Source of the DNA: an uncultured Candidatus Rokubacteria bacterium
GTDB lineage: Bacteria > Methylomirabilota > Methylomirabilia > Rokubacteriales > CSP1-6
Direction of reading: 5' to 3'
NCBI GenBank assembly: GCA_963734175.1
Contig: CAVTGC010000004.1
Span: forward strand, 967,875-1,031,874
Length of the DNA stretch: 64,000 nt
Made by a program: the position numbers and the translations under genes. Of this stretch, positions 19,628 to 29,089 are shown piece by piece; positions within the stretch are counted from its first letter, which is position 1, and every line of letters starts with the position of its first letter. The notes beneath the pieces were generated by a model, which was given only the letters and a program-made list of their open reading frames with translations, made no database searches and had not been told where the DNA came from.

Positions 19628-20632
19628 CTACTCGCGGGACGGCTTCTGCAGGCGCTTGTACTCGTCGGAGTCCTTGGTGAAGGTCACCCCGTTGGCCTTG
19701 AGCACGGCGAGCACGGGCTCCCAGTCGCGCGCGTAGGCCAGCGGCATGAAGCCGACGCGCGGCTTGAACTCGCGCCCCACGCTGGTGCCCTCGAACTTGA
19801 AGGAGAGGAAGGCCTCCTTGATCCGCTCGACGAGCTTCGGCTCCAGGTTGTGGGCGTACACGAAGCCGGCCGTGGGAAATGGCGGCGAGGCCCACACGAC
19901 CTTGTAGTCGCTCTCCTTGAGGACGTTGCGGGCGGCCATGCGCTGCATGACGGTGTCGGCCACCACCGCGGCGTCGTAGTCGCCGTTGATCACGCCGAGC
20001 GCACTGGTGTCGTGCTTGCCCGAGTAGGCGATCTGGTAGTCCTTGCCCGGCACCACGCCCAGCTTCGAGAAGAAGTACACCGGGGCCTGGTGGCCGGAGT
20101 TCGAGGTCTGGGAGACGTGGGCCACCCGCTTGCCCTTGAGATCGGCCACGGTCTTGATCTTGTCGTTCTTGGCCGCCGCGATCAGCCACACGTGGTAGGC
20201 GCTCAGTCCCTTGGGGTCCTTCATGATCGAGAACGGCACCGCGCCCGCGAGATTGACGGCGTAGACGACGGAGCCCGTCGAGTAGGCGGCGATGTGCAGC
20301 CGCCCCGACCGCATCGCCTCGATCTGGGCCGCGTAGTTCTGCAGCCCGAAGAACTTCACCTTCTTGCCTGTCGCCTTCTCCAGGTGCTTGACGAAATCGT
20401 TCCACGCCGTCTCGTACACCGCCGGATCCTCGACCGGTACGTAGGTGAAGATCAGCGTCTCCGGGCTGACGAGCTTGCTCCGGTCCTTCGGGGGATCCGC
20501 GACCAGATCTCGATCCTCGTCGCAATACAGCGCATCGAGATCGCCCCGATGCCCACACGACTGCGCCGCCGCGAACCCGCCGACGATCACCACCGCCGCC
20601 AGCACGACCAGCGCGAGTACCGATCGCCGCAT
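19628..20632 (-). CDS. phnD: phosphonate ABC transporter substrate-binding protein PhnD
   Basis: Signal peptide '[21 protein letters not shown]' with a PhnD-family body. ATGA overlap with the upstream oxidoreductase stop. Confidence 0.85.
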   Translation of the reverse strand: MRRSVLALVVLAAVVIVGGFAAAQSCGHRGDLDALYCDEDRDLVADPPKDRSKLVSPETLIFTYVPVEDPAVYETAWNDFVKHLEKATGKKVKFFGLQNYAAQIEAMRSGRLHIAAYSTGSVVYAVNLAGAVPFSIMKDPKGLSAYHVWLIAAAKNDKIKTVADLKGKRVAHVSQTSNSGHQAPVYFFSKLGVVPGKDYQIAYSGKHDTSALGVINGDYDAAVVADTVMQRMAARNVLKESDYKVVWASPPFPTAGFVYAHNLEPKLVERIKEAFLSFKFEGTSVGREFKPRVGFMPLAYARDWEPVLAVLKANGVTFTKDSDEYKRLQKPSRE

Positions 20633-21813
20633 CAGCGCGAGATCGTGAGGCGCTCGCGCCCGTAGTTGTCGGCGTCCTGCCACGGCTGACCCTCGGCAAA
20701 GCGCGAGGCCCGGAACGGGCGCAGGTCGACGGTGGAAGGGGCGCCCGTCACGATCCACTCGGCGAGACACCGCCCGATGGCCGGCGACGTCTTGAACGAG
20801 GTGCCGGAGTCGCCGAGCATTCCCCACAACCCCTCCGGACCCAGCTGGTCGATGATCGGCCGGCCGTCGGGGCTCATCATGATCATTCCCGCCCAGCCGC
20901 CCCGCATGGTGGCGTTGGCCAGGCGCGGCCAGCGGGCGGCGAGCGCGGCCCGGCACCCACTCACGTACGACTCGTCCACGCTCTCGTCGAACTTCTCGGG
21001 GTCGGCGTGCCGCGAGCCCAGCTCGACGCCGATCAGTGTGGACGCGCGCCCCTCGGGTCGCCACCACGCCTTGTGGATGGCGTCGATCACGGCCGGGTGG
21101 CGCTGGGTGAAGCCGGCCGGCCACCGGAAGATCGAGACCTGGATGCGGTGGGGGGCCAGCCCGTAGTCGAGGCCGAGCGGCGTCAGCAGGCTCGAGGCCC
21201 AGGCGCCGGCGACGATCACGACCTTCGAGGTGGCGATGCGGCCGGCGCTGGTCTCCACCCCGGTCACCCGCCCCCCCTCGGTCAGCACGCGCAGCGCCTC
21301 GACACCCGTCTCGATGGTGGCACCGCGGTTCCGGGCCGCCTCGGCGAAGGCGAACGCGGTGGCGGCGGGATCGGCGAAGCCGGAGTCGGCCTCCCAGGCC
21401 GCGGCGCCCACGTCGGCGACATGGCAACCGGGCAGGATCTCGCGCACCTCGGCCGGCGTGATCATCCGCGTGTTGATGCCGAGGCGCTGCTGGCGGGCGA
21501 CGTTGCGGGCCAGGGCCTCCGCGTAGCTGGGCCCGACCAGCTGCACGAAGCCCACGCCCTCGAAGCCGCAGTCGCCGCCGACGATCTCGCCGAAGTTGCG
21601 GAAAACCTTCAGGCTCTCGAAGGCCATGCGCGACTCGGTCTCGTTCGTGTAGTGCATGCGGACGAGCGCGCCCGACTTGCCGGTGGCGCCCGCCGCCAGC
21701 TGGTGGCGCTCGAGCAGCACGACGTTGCGGACGCCCAGCAGCGTGAGATGGAAGGCGGTGCTGGTGCCGTTGGTGCCCCCGCCGATGACGACGACGTCCG
21801 CCGTAGCTTTCAT
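20632..21813 (-). CDS. FAD-dependent oxidoreductase (DAO family; glycine/sarcosine-oxidase-like amine oxidase)
   Basis: Has '[16 protein letters not shown]' FAD-binding Rossmann motif. Length 393 aa. First gene of a co-directional phn string. Confidence 0.85.
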   Translation of the reverse strand: MKATADVVVIGGGTNGTSTAFHLTLLGVRNVVLLERHQLAAGATGKSGALVRMHYTNETESRMAFESLKVFRNFGEIVGGDCGFEGVGFVQLVGPSYAEALARNVARQQRLGINTRMITPAEVREILPGCHVADVGAAAWEADSGFADPAATAFAFAEAARNRGATIETGVEALRVLTEGGRVTGVETSAGRIATSKVVIVAGAWASSLLTPLGLDYGLAPHRIQVSIFRWPAGFTQRHPAVIDAIHKAWWRPEGRASTLIGVELGSRHADPEKFDESVDESYVSGCRAALAARWPRLANATMRGGWAGMIMMSPDGRPIIDQLGPEGLWGMLGDSGTSFKTSPAIGRCLAEWIVTGAPSTVDLRPFRASRFAEGQPWQDADNYGRERLTISR

Positions 21814-21854
21814 GGTGTCGGGAATTCTAGCATTTGCTCATTTGCGAAGCACAC

Positions 21855-21882
21855 TTGACAGGACGGCGCGTCCGTCGAGAAT
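21855..21882 (+). promoter_or_regulatory. candidate sigma70-like promoter for the SBP gene
   Basis: TTGACA at 21855-21860, a 16-nt spacer, and GAGAAT at 21877-21882. Preceded by a direct repeat CATTTGC at 21831-21837 and 21839-21845. Confidence 0.3.
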
Positions 21883-21943
21883 AGGCGCACTTCCTCGCTG
21901 TCGAGATCCGGGGGGGTTTGCCCCCTCGCCGAAAGAGGTGCAC

Positions 21944-23491
21944 ATGAATCGATTGACGCGACGCGAACTCCTGAAGGGGGCGGCCACGCTGGGCGCGGCC
22001 GCCGCGGTGGCCCCGGCGCTGGGCTCGCCCGCCCACGCCCAGACGACCCAGAAGCGAGAGCTGGTGATCGCCCAGGGCGGTGACATCGCCTTCTTCGATC
22101 CCCACATGAGCACGTCGGCCAACGAGATCCGCGTCTCCTTCAACGTCTTCGACAATCTCATCAGCCGGCATCCCGACGGCAAGCTCAACCCGTGCCTGGC
22201 CACCGAGTGGAAGCTGCAGGGCCAGACGACCTGGGTCTTCAAGCTGCGGTCGGGGGTGAAGTTCCACAACGGCGACCCGCTCACCTCGGCCGACGTGAAG
22301 TACAGCATCGAGCGCACGTGGGACCCGGCGCTGAAGACGCGCGTCAACACCGTGCTCACGACCATCGACAAGGTCGAGGCGCCCGACCCCCTGACCGTGC
22401 TCATCCACACCAAGAAGCCCGACCCGCTGCTGCCGGCCCGCCTGGCGTTCTACGCCGGCCAGATCATGCCGGAGAAGTACGCGAAGTCCGTCGGCCCCGA
22501 GGCCTTCAACCAGAAGCCCATCGGCTCCGGGCCGGTGCGCTTCACCTCGTGGGTCAAGGACGACAAGGCCGTGCTGGAGGCCAACCCGGACTACTGGGGC
22601 GGCAAGATCGACGTCGACCGCGTGATCTTCCGCCCGATCCCGGAGACGGCCCCGCGCATCGCCTCGCTGCTCAAGGGCGAGGTCGACATGATCACCGCCC
22701 TGCCGCCCGACCACGGGGAGCGCGTCAACGGCAGCCCGACCACCCGCGTGGCCGGCGCCCTCTACGCCGGGCTCTACGTGCTGGCCGTGAACAGCAAGGT
22801 CAAGCCGCTCGACAACCCGCTCATCAAGCAGGCCCTGTCCCTGTCCATCGACCGCGCCCTGATCGTGAAGGAGCTGTGGCGCGGGCGCGGCATCGTGCCC
22901 AGCGGGCTGATCGCCAAGGGCGACAACCACTTCGACACCTCGCTGCCCCCGCTGAAGTACGACCCCAAGGAGGCGCGCGAGAAGCTCAAGCAGGGCGGCT
23001 ACAAGAACGAAGAGATCGTCATCGAGACGACGGTCGGCTACACCACGAACGACAAGCCGATGTCGGAAGCCATCCAGGGCATGTGGCGGGATGCCGGCAT
23101 CAACGCCAAGGTCGAGGTCGTCGAGTACTCGGTGCGCGCCCAGAAGAATCGCGACAAGTCGTTCAAGGGCCTGTGGTGGTCGGATCCGACCTCCACGCTC
23201 AGCGACCCCGACGGCATGATGTGGCGGCTGCTCAGTCCGGGCGGGCCGCAGGACTACTGGCGTCATCCCAAGTTCGATCAGCTCGGCGAGGCCGCGCGCT
23301 TCTCGGTCGACGAGAAGTTCCGGGGGCAGGCCTACAAGGAGATGACCCAGATCGCGCTGGAGCACTTCCCGTGGCTGCCCATCATCCAGCCCTACGAGGA
23401 CTACGGGCTGCAGAAGTACGTCGAGTACACGCCGAACCCCAACCAGCAGATCGAGCTCCGGCGGTTCAACTTCAAGCTGCGTCGCGCCTGA
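21944..23491 (+). CDS. ABC transporter substrate-binding protein, family 5 (peptide/nickel type), TAT signal
   Basis: RBS GAAAGAGG, then 'MNRLTRRELLKGAATLGAAAA' with a twin-arginine motif. Length 515 aa. Confidence 0.85.
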   Translation: MNRLTRRELLKGAATLGAAAAVAPALGSPAHAQTTQKRELVIAQGGDIAFFDPHMSTSANEIRVSFNVFDNLISRHPDGKLNPCLATEWKLQGQTTWVFKLRSGVKFHNGDPLTSADVKYSIERTWDPALKTRVNTVLTTIDKVEAPDPLTVLIHTKKPDPLLPARLAFYAGQIMPEKYAKSVGPEAFNQKPIGSGPVRFTSWVKDDKAVLEANPDYWGGKIDVDRVIFRPIPETAPRIASLLKGEVDMITALPPDHGERVNGSPTTRVAGALYAGLYVLAVNSKVKPLDNPLIKQALSLSIDRALIVKELWRGRGIVPSGLIAKGDNHFDTSLPPLKYDPKEAREKLKQGGYKNEEIVIETTVGYTTNDKPMSEAIQGMWRDAGINAKVEVVEYSVRAQKNRDKSFKGLWWSDPTSTLSDPDGMMWRLLSPGGPQDYWRHPKFDQLGEAARFSVDEKFRGQAYKEMTQIALEHFPWLPIIQPYEDYGLQKYVEYTPNPNQQIELRRFNFKLRRA

Positions 23492-23533
23492 GATAAGCGA
23501 GCCGGCCGGGGCCCCGCGGCCCCGGCCTTCCTC

Positions 23534-24460
23534 ATGCGCTCGCTCGTCGGCTTCCTCGGCCAGCGGCTCTTCCGGGCGCTCATCGCGATGTGGCTCGTCT
23601 CCACGGTCGTGTTCGTGGTGATGCGCCTGAGCGGCGACCCGGTGCCACTGCTGGTGCCGGCCGACGCGCCGCGCAGCGAGTACGAGCGGGTGGCCCGCGA
23701 CCTGGGCCTCGACAAGCCGCTCCCGGTGCAGTACGCGGTCTTCCTCGGCAACGTCCTGCGCGGCGACTTCGGGCGCTCGATCCACTTCCGGGAGCCGGCG
23801 TGGCGGGTGGTGATGGGTCGGCTGCCGGCCACCGCCGAGCTGGGGCTGACCGCCTTCGGCCTGGCCCTGCTGGTGGCCGTGCCGGTCGGCCTGCTGTCGG
23901 CCGTCAAGCGCAACTCCCCGCTCGATCACACGGCCATGGGCGTGGCCCTCGTCGGTCAGTCGGCGCCGACCTTCTTCCTCGGAATCCTGTTCATCCTGGT
24001 GTTCTCGCTCAAGACCGGCTGGTTCCCGACCTCCGGCCGCGGCGGCTGGGAGCACCTGGTGCTGCCGTCTCTCACGCTCGGCGCCTTCGCCATGGCCTCG
24101 ATCGCGCGGCTGACCCGGTCGGCGGTGCTGGAGGTGCTGCGCCAGGACTACGTGCGGACCGCGCGCGCCAAGGGATTGTCGGAGATGGGCGTGGTGCTGA
24201 AGCACACCTTCAAGAACGCCGCGCTGCCGGTGGTGACGATCACCGCGCTGCAGTTCGGCACCCTGCTGGGGGGCGCCGTCGTCACCGAGACCGTGTTCGC
24301 CTGGCCCGGGATCGGCCGCCTGGCCATCCAGTCGATCTACAATCGCGACTACCCGGTGGTGCAGTGCACGGTCTTCCTGTCGGCGCTGGTCTTCATCCTC
24401 ATCAACTTCGTCGTCGAGATCGTCTATGGCTTCCTCGATCCCCGCGTCCGTCCCCGCTGA
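23534..24460 (+). CDS. ABC transporter permease (DppB/OppB-like)
   Basis: 6-TM BPD_transp_1 pattern. Confidence 0.85.
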   Translation: MRSLVGFLGQRLFRALIAMWLVSTVVFVVMRLSGDPVPLLVPADAPRSEYERVARDLGLDKPLPVQYAVFLGNVLRGDFGRSIHFREPAWRVVMGRLPATAELGLTAFGLALLVAVPVGLLSAVKRNSPLDHTAMGVALVGQSAPTFFLGILFILVFSLKTGWFPTSGRGGWEHLVLPSLTLGAFAMASIARLTRSAVLEVLRQDYVRTARAKGLSEMGVVLKHTFKNAALPVVTITALQFGTLLGGAVVTETVFAWPGIGRLAIQSIYNRDYPVVQCTVFLSALVFILINFVVEIVYGFLDPRVRPR

Positions 24461-25337
24461 GGTCGCCGAGGTGGTGGAGACGCCGGCCCCGGGCGGCCGG
24501 GGCGCCCGGCGCACGCGCCGTCTCGTCATCGCCGGAGGCCTGTTCGTCCTGGCGCTGGTCGTCGTCGCGCTGGGCGCGCCGTGGCTGGCGCCACAGGACC
24601 CGGAGCGGCAGTCGCTCCGCGGCCGGCTGGCGGCCCCGACGCTGGAAGGCGCCGACGGCCGCGCCCACCTGCTCGGCACCGATCACCTCGGCCGTGATGT
24701 GCTGTCGCGGGTCATCTGGGGCGCGCGCGTCTCGCTGCTGATCGGCTTCGCCGCCGTGGTGGTGGGCGGCATCATCGGGGCGACGCTGGGCATCCTGGCC
24801 GGCTTCCGCGGCGGCTGGACAGACAGCGTCATCATGACGCTGGCGGACGCTCAGCTCGCCTTTCCGTTCATCCTGCTGGCCATCGGCATCATCGCGGTGC
24901 TGGGCCCGTCGTTCCCGACACTCGTCGTCGTCATCGGGCTGTCGGGCTGGATGAGCTACGCGCGGGTGCTGCGCTCGCAGGTGCTGGTGCTCCGCTCGCG
25001 CGAGTTCGTGGACGCCATCCACGCCCTCGGCGGCTCCGTCGGGCGCGTGGTGGCCCGCCACATCCTGCCCAACGTGCTGTCCTCGCTCGTCGTCATCGCC
25101 ACCCTGGAGCTGGCCCGCTCGATCGTGCTGGAGGCCACGCTCTCGTTCCTCGGGCTCGGCATCCAGCCGCCCACGCCGTCATGGGGTGGGATGGTCCACG
25201 AGGGGCGCGAGTACCTGGACTCCGCGTGGTGGATCTCGACCATGCCGGGCGTCGTGCTGATGCTGACTTCGCTGGTCGTCAGCCGCACCGGCGACTGGCT
25301 GCGCGATCTGCTCGACCCGACGCTGCGGGGGGAGTAG
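24426..25337 (+). CDS. ABC transporter permease (DppC/OppC-like)
   Basis: Permease with an EAA-loop pattern. Overlaps the previous gene by 35 nt. Confidence 0.8.
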   Translation: MASSIPASVPAEVAEVVETPAPGGRGARRTRRLVIAGGLFVLALVVVALGAPWLAPQDPERQSLRGRLAAPTLEGADGRAHLLGTDHLGRDVLSRVIWGARVSLLIGFAAVVVGGIIGATLGILAGFRGGWTDSVIMTLADAQLAFPFILLAIGIIAVLGPSFPTLVVVIGLSGWMSYARVLRSQVLVLRSREFVDAIHALGGSVGRVVARHILPNVLSSLVVIATLELARSIVLEATLSFLGLGIQPPTPSWGGMVHEGREYLDSAWWISTMPGVVLMLTSLVVSRTGDWLRDLLDPTLRGE

Positions 25338-25347
25338 CCGCGCGCCG

Positions 25348-26076
25348 TCAGGCGGAGCCGACGACGGCCCGGCGGTGCAGCGCGCTGAGGATCTCGTCGA
25401 CGGCCACCGAGGCCCACAGGTCGAAGAAGGGCGAGGCCTGCAGGGCCGCGAACTCCTTCATGCTGCGTTCCCGGGCCTGCGTCTCCGTCTCGCCGGGCCG
25501 GGCCGACTGCTGGTGGCCGCGGATGCGGTCCTTGTGGTAGACGCTCGGGAATTCCAGATAGCGACAGAGCAGCTGGAAGTCCTTCGAGTAGACGCCGACC
25601 GCCGGCAGCGACGCCCACTCCCCGGTGTCGGTGGTCTTCATGAACTCCATCATGAGGTCCCAGTTGGCGTCGGGGGCGGCCGCCGGGTCGGGCCGGCGCG
25701 TCCACAGGATGCGCTGGCCGTCGCGGTTGAAGATGCGCAGCTGCAGGCCGCCGGCCTCGGCGAGGCGGGCCAGCATGGGCACGTCGCGCCGGCAGTCGGA
25801 CGACCAGTCCTCGGAGATCACCAGGACGTTGGCCGGTCCGCCCGGCTGGGCCGCCAGCCACTTGATGGCCCTGGTCTGGGAGTCGGTGAGCTGCGCCTTC
25901 GCGTAGCGCTCGCGGAAGATCGCGCTGTTGTCCTTGCGGGCGCTTCCCTTGGAGCCGCCGTCGGGGAAGTAGCTGCCGAAGGCCTCGCGGGCCAGGTTCT
26001 CGGGGGAGCCCACGTAGTTCACGTACTCGTCGAACGTGCGGCCCTTCGCGAAGCGGGCGGCGGTGACGGCGCTCAT
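25348..26076 (-). CDS. thioredoxin-fold family protein (WSSDC motif), paralog A
   Basis: 242 aa. Conserved 'VISEDWSSDCRRDVPMLARLAE' and 'ALQASPFFDLWASVAVDEILSALH'. Paralogous to 36701..37426. Confidence 0.7.
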   Translation of the reverse strand: MSAVTAARFAKGRTFDEYVNYVGSPENLAREAFGSYFPDGGSKGSARKDNSAIFRERYAKAQLTDSQTRAIKWLAAQPGGPANVLVISEDWSSDCRRDVPMLARLAEAGGLQLRIFNRDGQRILWTRRPDPAAAPDANWDLMMEFMKTTDTGEWASLPAVGVYSKDFQLLCRYLEFPSVYHKDRIRGHQQSARPGETETQARERSMKEFAALQASPFFDLWASVAVDEILSALHRRAVVGSA

Positions 26077-26086
26077 GTCTCGGCTC

Positions 26087-26962
26087 TCAGCCTCGCTCCA
26101 TGGGAAGCGTGGGGTCGTTGGCCCACTCGGACAGCGAGGCGTCGTAGATGGCGACGTCGTCGCGGCCGAGCAGGGTGAGCACGAAGGCGTCGCTGGAGGC
26201 GGCGATACCCCCGCCGCAGTAAGTGACGACGCGCTTGGCGTCGAGGGCGCCGGCCGCCTGGAACTTCGCGCGCAGCACGTCGGCGGGCAGGTACGCGTGG
26301 GTCTTGGGATCGACGAGATCGCGGGCCGCCACGTTGACGCTGCCGGCGATGCGGCCGGGGCGGCCGTAGGTGTTGCCGCCCGTCCCCCGATGCTGCTCCT
26401 CGCTGAGCGCGTTCAGCACGCAGGCGCCCGACTCGGCGAGGGCGCCGAGCACCCCCGTCTTGTCGGTCATCAGCGCCGGGCGCGGGCGCGGGGTGAACGT
26501 GCGGGCCGGCCGGGTGCCGGCGTCGGTGGCGACCGGCCGTCCCTCCAGGCTCCACTTCCGGAAGCCACCGTTCAGCACCGCCGCGTCGTCGAAGCCGAAC
26601 GCGCGCAGCATCCACCAGATGCGCGTGGCCCACATGGTGACGTTGCGATCGTAGAGGATCACGCGGACGCCGTCACCGACGCCGGCCCGCCCCATCGCCT
26701 CGGCGAACTGCGCGGCCGGCGGCATCATGAAGCGCAGCTTGGAGGTGCGGTCCGACAGCTCTTCCTGAAGATCGATGAAGCCGGCGCCGGGGATGTGCCC
26801 CTCGGCCCACTTGGCGCGGCCCGACTCCACCCGGACGCCGCCCGGCACGTCGGGGGCGGGCTGCAGAAAGACCGTGCTCTCGAGGACCCGGACCCCCGGG
26901 TCCTCGAGGTGCTGAGCGAGCCAGTCCGTCTCGACCAGATGCTGCGGCCGCGCGAAGCTCAT
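26087..26962 (-). CDS. two-domain rhodanese-like sulfurtransferase (thiosulfate/3-mercaptopyruvate sulfurtransferase family)
   Basis: Tandem rhodanese domains. The active-site loop is 'YCGGGIAAS'. Confidence 0.8.
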   Translation of the reverse strand: MSFARPQHLVETDWLAQHLEDPGVRVLESTVFLQPAPDVPGGVRVESGRAKWAEGHIPGAGFIDLQEELSDRTSKLRFMMPPAAQFAEAMGRAGVGDGVRVILYDRNVTMWATRIWWMLRAFGFDDAAVLNGGFRKWSLEGRPVATDAGTRPARTFTPRPRPALMTDKTGVLGALAESGACVLNALSEEQHRGTGGNTYGRPGRIAGSVNVAARDLVDPKTHAYLPADVLRAKFQAAGALDAKRVVTYCGGGIAASSDAFVLTLLGRDDVAIYDASLSEWANDPTLPMERG

Positions 26963-26965
26963 GCG

Positions 26966-28042
26966 CTACGCGCAGGCCAGGGCGTAGACGTCCTGCACGC
27001 CCTCGGGCAGCCGCGACTCCCGCCACGTCTTGCCGCCGTCCTGGGTGCCGAACACCTGGGCGCAGCGCGACACGCCGTAGATCTGCTGCGGGTCACGCGG
27101 ATGCAGGGCCAGCGCCATCATCGTGGCGTCGGCCTTCACCCCATGGTCGATGCGCGACCAGGTGGCGCCGAGGTCGGTGCTGCGATAGAGCGAGCCGTCT
27201 TTGCTGCGCGCCGCCGGGCTGAGCGCGGCGTAGAGCGTGCGCGGATCGTGGGGCGAGACGCGGATGTCGCGCCCGTAGGTCAGCGGCGAGAACCGGCCGA
27301 CCTCCATGTCGCGCCAGCTCTTGCCGCGGTCCGTGCTCTGGAAGAGGCCCATGCGCACGGCCAGGAAGACGTTGCCCGGCGCGGCGCTGCTGACGGCGAG
27401 CGCGTGGGCGTCGAGCATGCCCTCGGCCTCGCTGTCACTCTGGATCATGCTCTTGAGATTGAGGTTGTCGGCGGCCAGCTGCACGAGGTCGGCGCTGCCG
27501 TCGGACCACGTCTCGCCGCCGTCGAGACTGCGCATGGTGCCGCCGACTTCCAGCGCGGCGTGGATCTGGTCGGGCGAGCCGGGCTCGACGCCGATGCGCA
27601 TCACGCGGCACGCGAACGACATCTTCAGCTTCTCCGGCTGCACGGCGTTGGCCAGCCGCGTCCAGGTGTCGCCGCCGTCCTCGCTGCGGAAGACCCCGAC
27701 CGGCGCGGTGCCGGCGTAGATCACCCGCGGCTTGGTCGGGTGCACCGTGACCGACCACACGGCCAGGTCCCGCGGGAAGTCGGGCCGCTTGAAGGTGGTG
27801 CCGCCGTCGTCGCTACGGTAGGGGCCGTCCTGGGTACCGACGAAGATGACCTGAGGGTTGGTCGGGTGCACGGTGACGGCCTGGATCAGCGGGGGGTCGG
27901 GCAGTCCCTTGGTCAGCCGCTCCCAGCGATCGTCGCCCACCCGCTGCCGGAAGAGGCCGCCGAGGGTTCCGCCCGTCAACTGCGCCGCACCGACGAACAC
28001 GTGGGAGATGTCAGCAGTGGCCATCGCCTTACCCTCGGTCAT
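26966..28042 (-). CDS. BNR/Ycf48-like beta-propeller repeat protein
   Basis: Repeated 'S.DGG.TW' BNR motifs (SDDGGTTF, SEDGGDTW, SLDGGETW, STDRGKSW, STDLGATW, TQDGGKTW). Confidence 0.75.
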   Translation of the reverse strand: MTEGKAMATADISHVFVGAAQLTGGTLGGLFRQRVGDDRWERLTKGLPDPPLIQAVTVHPTNPQVIFVGTQDGPYRSDDGGTTFKRPDFPRDLAVWSVTVHPTKPRVIYAGTAPVGVFRSEDGGDTWTRLANAVQPEKLKMSFACRVMRIGVEPGSPDQIHAALEVGGTMRSLDGGETWSDGSADLVQLAADNLNLKSMIQSDSEAEGMLDAHALAVSSAAPGNVFLAVRMGLFQSTDRGKSWRDMEVGRFSPLTYGRDIRVSPHDPRTLYAALSPAARSKDGSLYRSTDLGATWSRIDHGVKADATMMALALHPRDPQQIYGVSRCAQVFGTQDGGKTWRESRLPEGVQDVYALACA

Positions 28043-28126
28043 GGGGTTGAGCTCGATCGTCCGGTGGCCCAGAGGATAGCAGGTGAGCATAATACGGCGC
28101 ACGCGACCTTCCAGGAGGCCCCAGGC

Positions 28127-29089
28127 ATGCGCATCGGATTCATCGGGCTCGGGAACATGGGTGGGCCGATGGCCCTCAACCTCATCAAGGCGGGCCACGC
28201 CCTGATCGTCAACGACGTCCGCCGCGAGGCCGCCGCCCCCCACCTGCAGGCGGGCGCCACGTGGGCCGATGGCCCCCAGGCCGTGGCCCGGGAGAGCGAG
28301 CTGATCCTGACCTCCCTGCCCGGGCCCAAGGAGGTGGAGGCAGTGGCGCTCGGCCCCGGCGGGATCATCCACGGCGCCGTGGCCGGGACCATCTACGCGG
28401 ACCTGTCGACGGGCTCGCCCACGGTGATGCGCAAGCTGCACGCCGCCTTCAAGGACAAGGGCGTGCACGTGCTCGACGCGCCCGTCTCCGGCGGGGTGTA
28501 CGGCGCCCAGCGCGGCACGCTGCAGGTGATGGTGGGCGGCGACGAGGCCATCTTCAACGAGGTCAAGGACGTGCTCAAGGCCGTCGGCGACAAGGTCGGC
28601 TACATGGGGACGATCGGCTCCGGCACCATCGCCAAGCTGGTACACAACATGATCTCGATCGCCGCCCGCAGCCTGGTGGCCGAGGGGTTCACGCTGGGCG
28701 TGAAGGCCGGCGTGAAGCCGGAGGCGCTGCTGGAGGCGGTCCGCGGCGCGTCGTTTGGCCAGGGGCTGATGCTCTCGCAGATGCTCCCCAACGTCATCTT
28801 CAAGGGCAACTTCGACACCGTCCGCTTCGCGCTGAAGCTGGCCCGCAAGGACATCGGCCTGGCCACGGAGCTGGCGCGCGAGTACGACGTGCCGATGCCG
28901 ATGGCCGCCGTCGCCGAGCAGATCATGATGGAAGCGCTGGCGCGGGGCTGGGGCGACAAGGACTCGACGTCGCCGTGGATGCTGCAGGAGGAGGCGGCCG
29001 GCGTCGTGGTGCGGGAGACGAGCAGGGACATCATGCGCCAGGCGGGGCCGGGGCCGTTCGCTCCGGCTCCAGTGAGGGAGACGACATGA
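28127..29089 (+). CDS. NAD(P)-dependent oxidoreductase, 3-hydroxyisobutyrate dehydrogenase family
   Basis: AGGAGG RBS, then 'MRIGFIGLGNMGGPMALNL'. Length 320 aa. Confidence 0.85.
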   Translation: MRIGFIGLGNMGGPMALNLIKAGHALIVNDVRREAAAPHLQAGATWADGPQAVARESELILTSLPGPKEVEAVALGPGGIIHGAVAGTIYADLSTGSPTVMRKLHAAFKDKGVHVLDAPVSGGVYGAQRGTLQVMVGGDEAIFNEVKDVLKAVGDKVGYMGTIGSGTIAKLVHNMISIAARSLVAEGFTLGVKAGVKPEALLEAVRGASFGQGLMLSQMLPNVIFKGNFDTVRFALKLARKDIGLATELAREYDVPMPMAAVAEQIMMEALARGWGDKDSTSPWMLQEEAAGVVVRETSRDIMRQAGPGPFAPAPVRETT

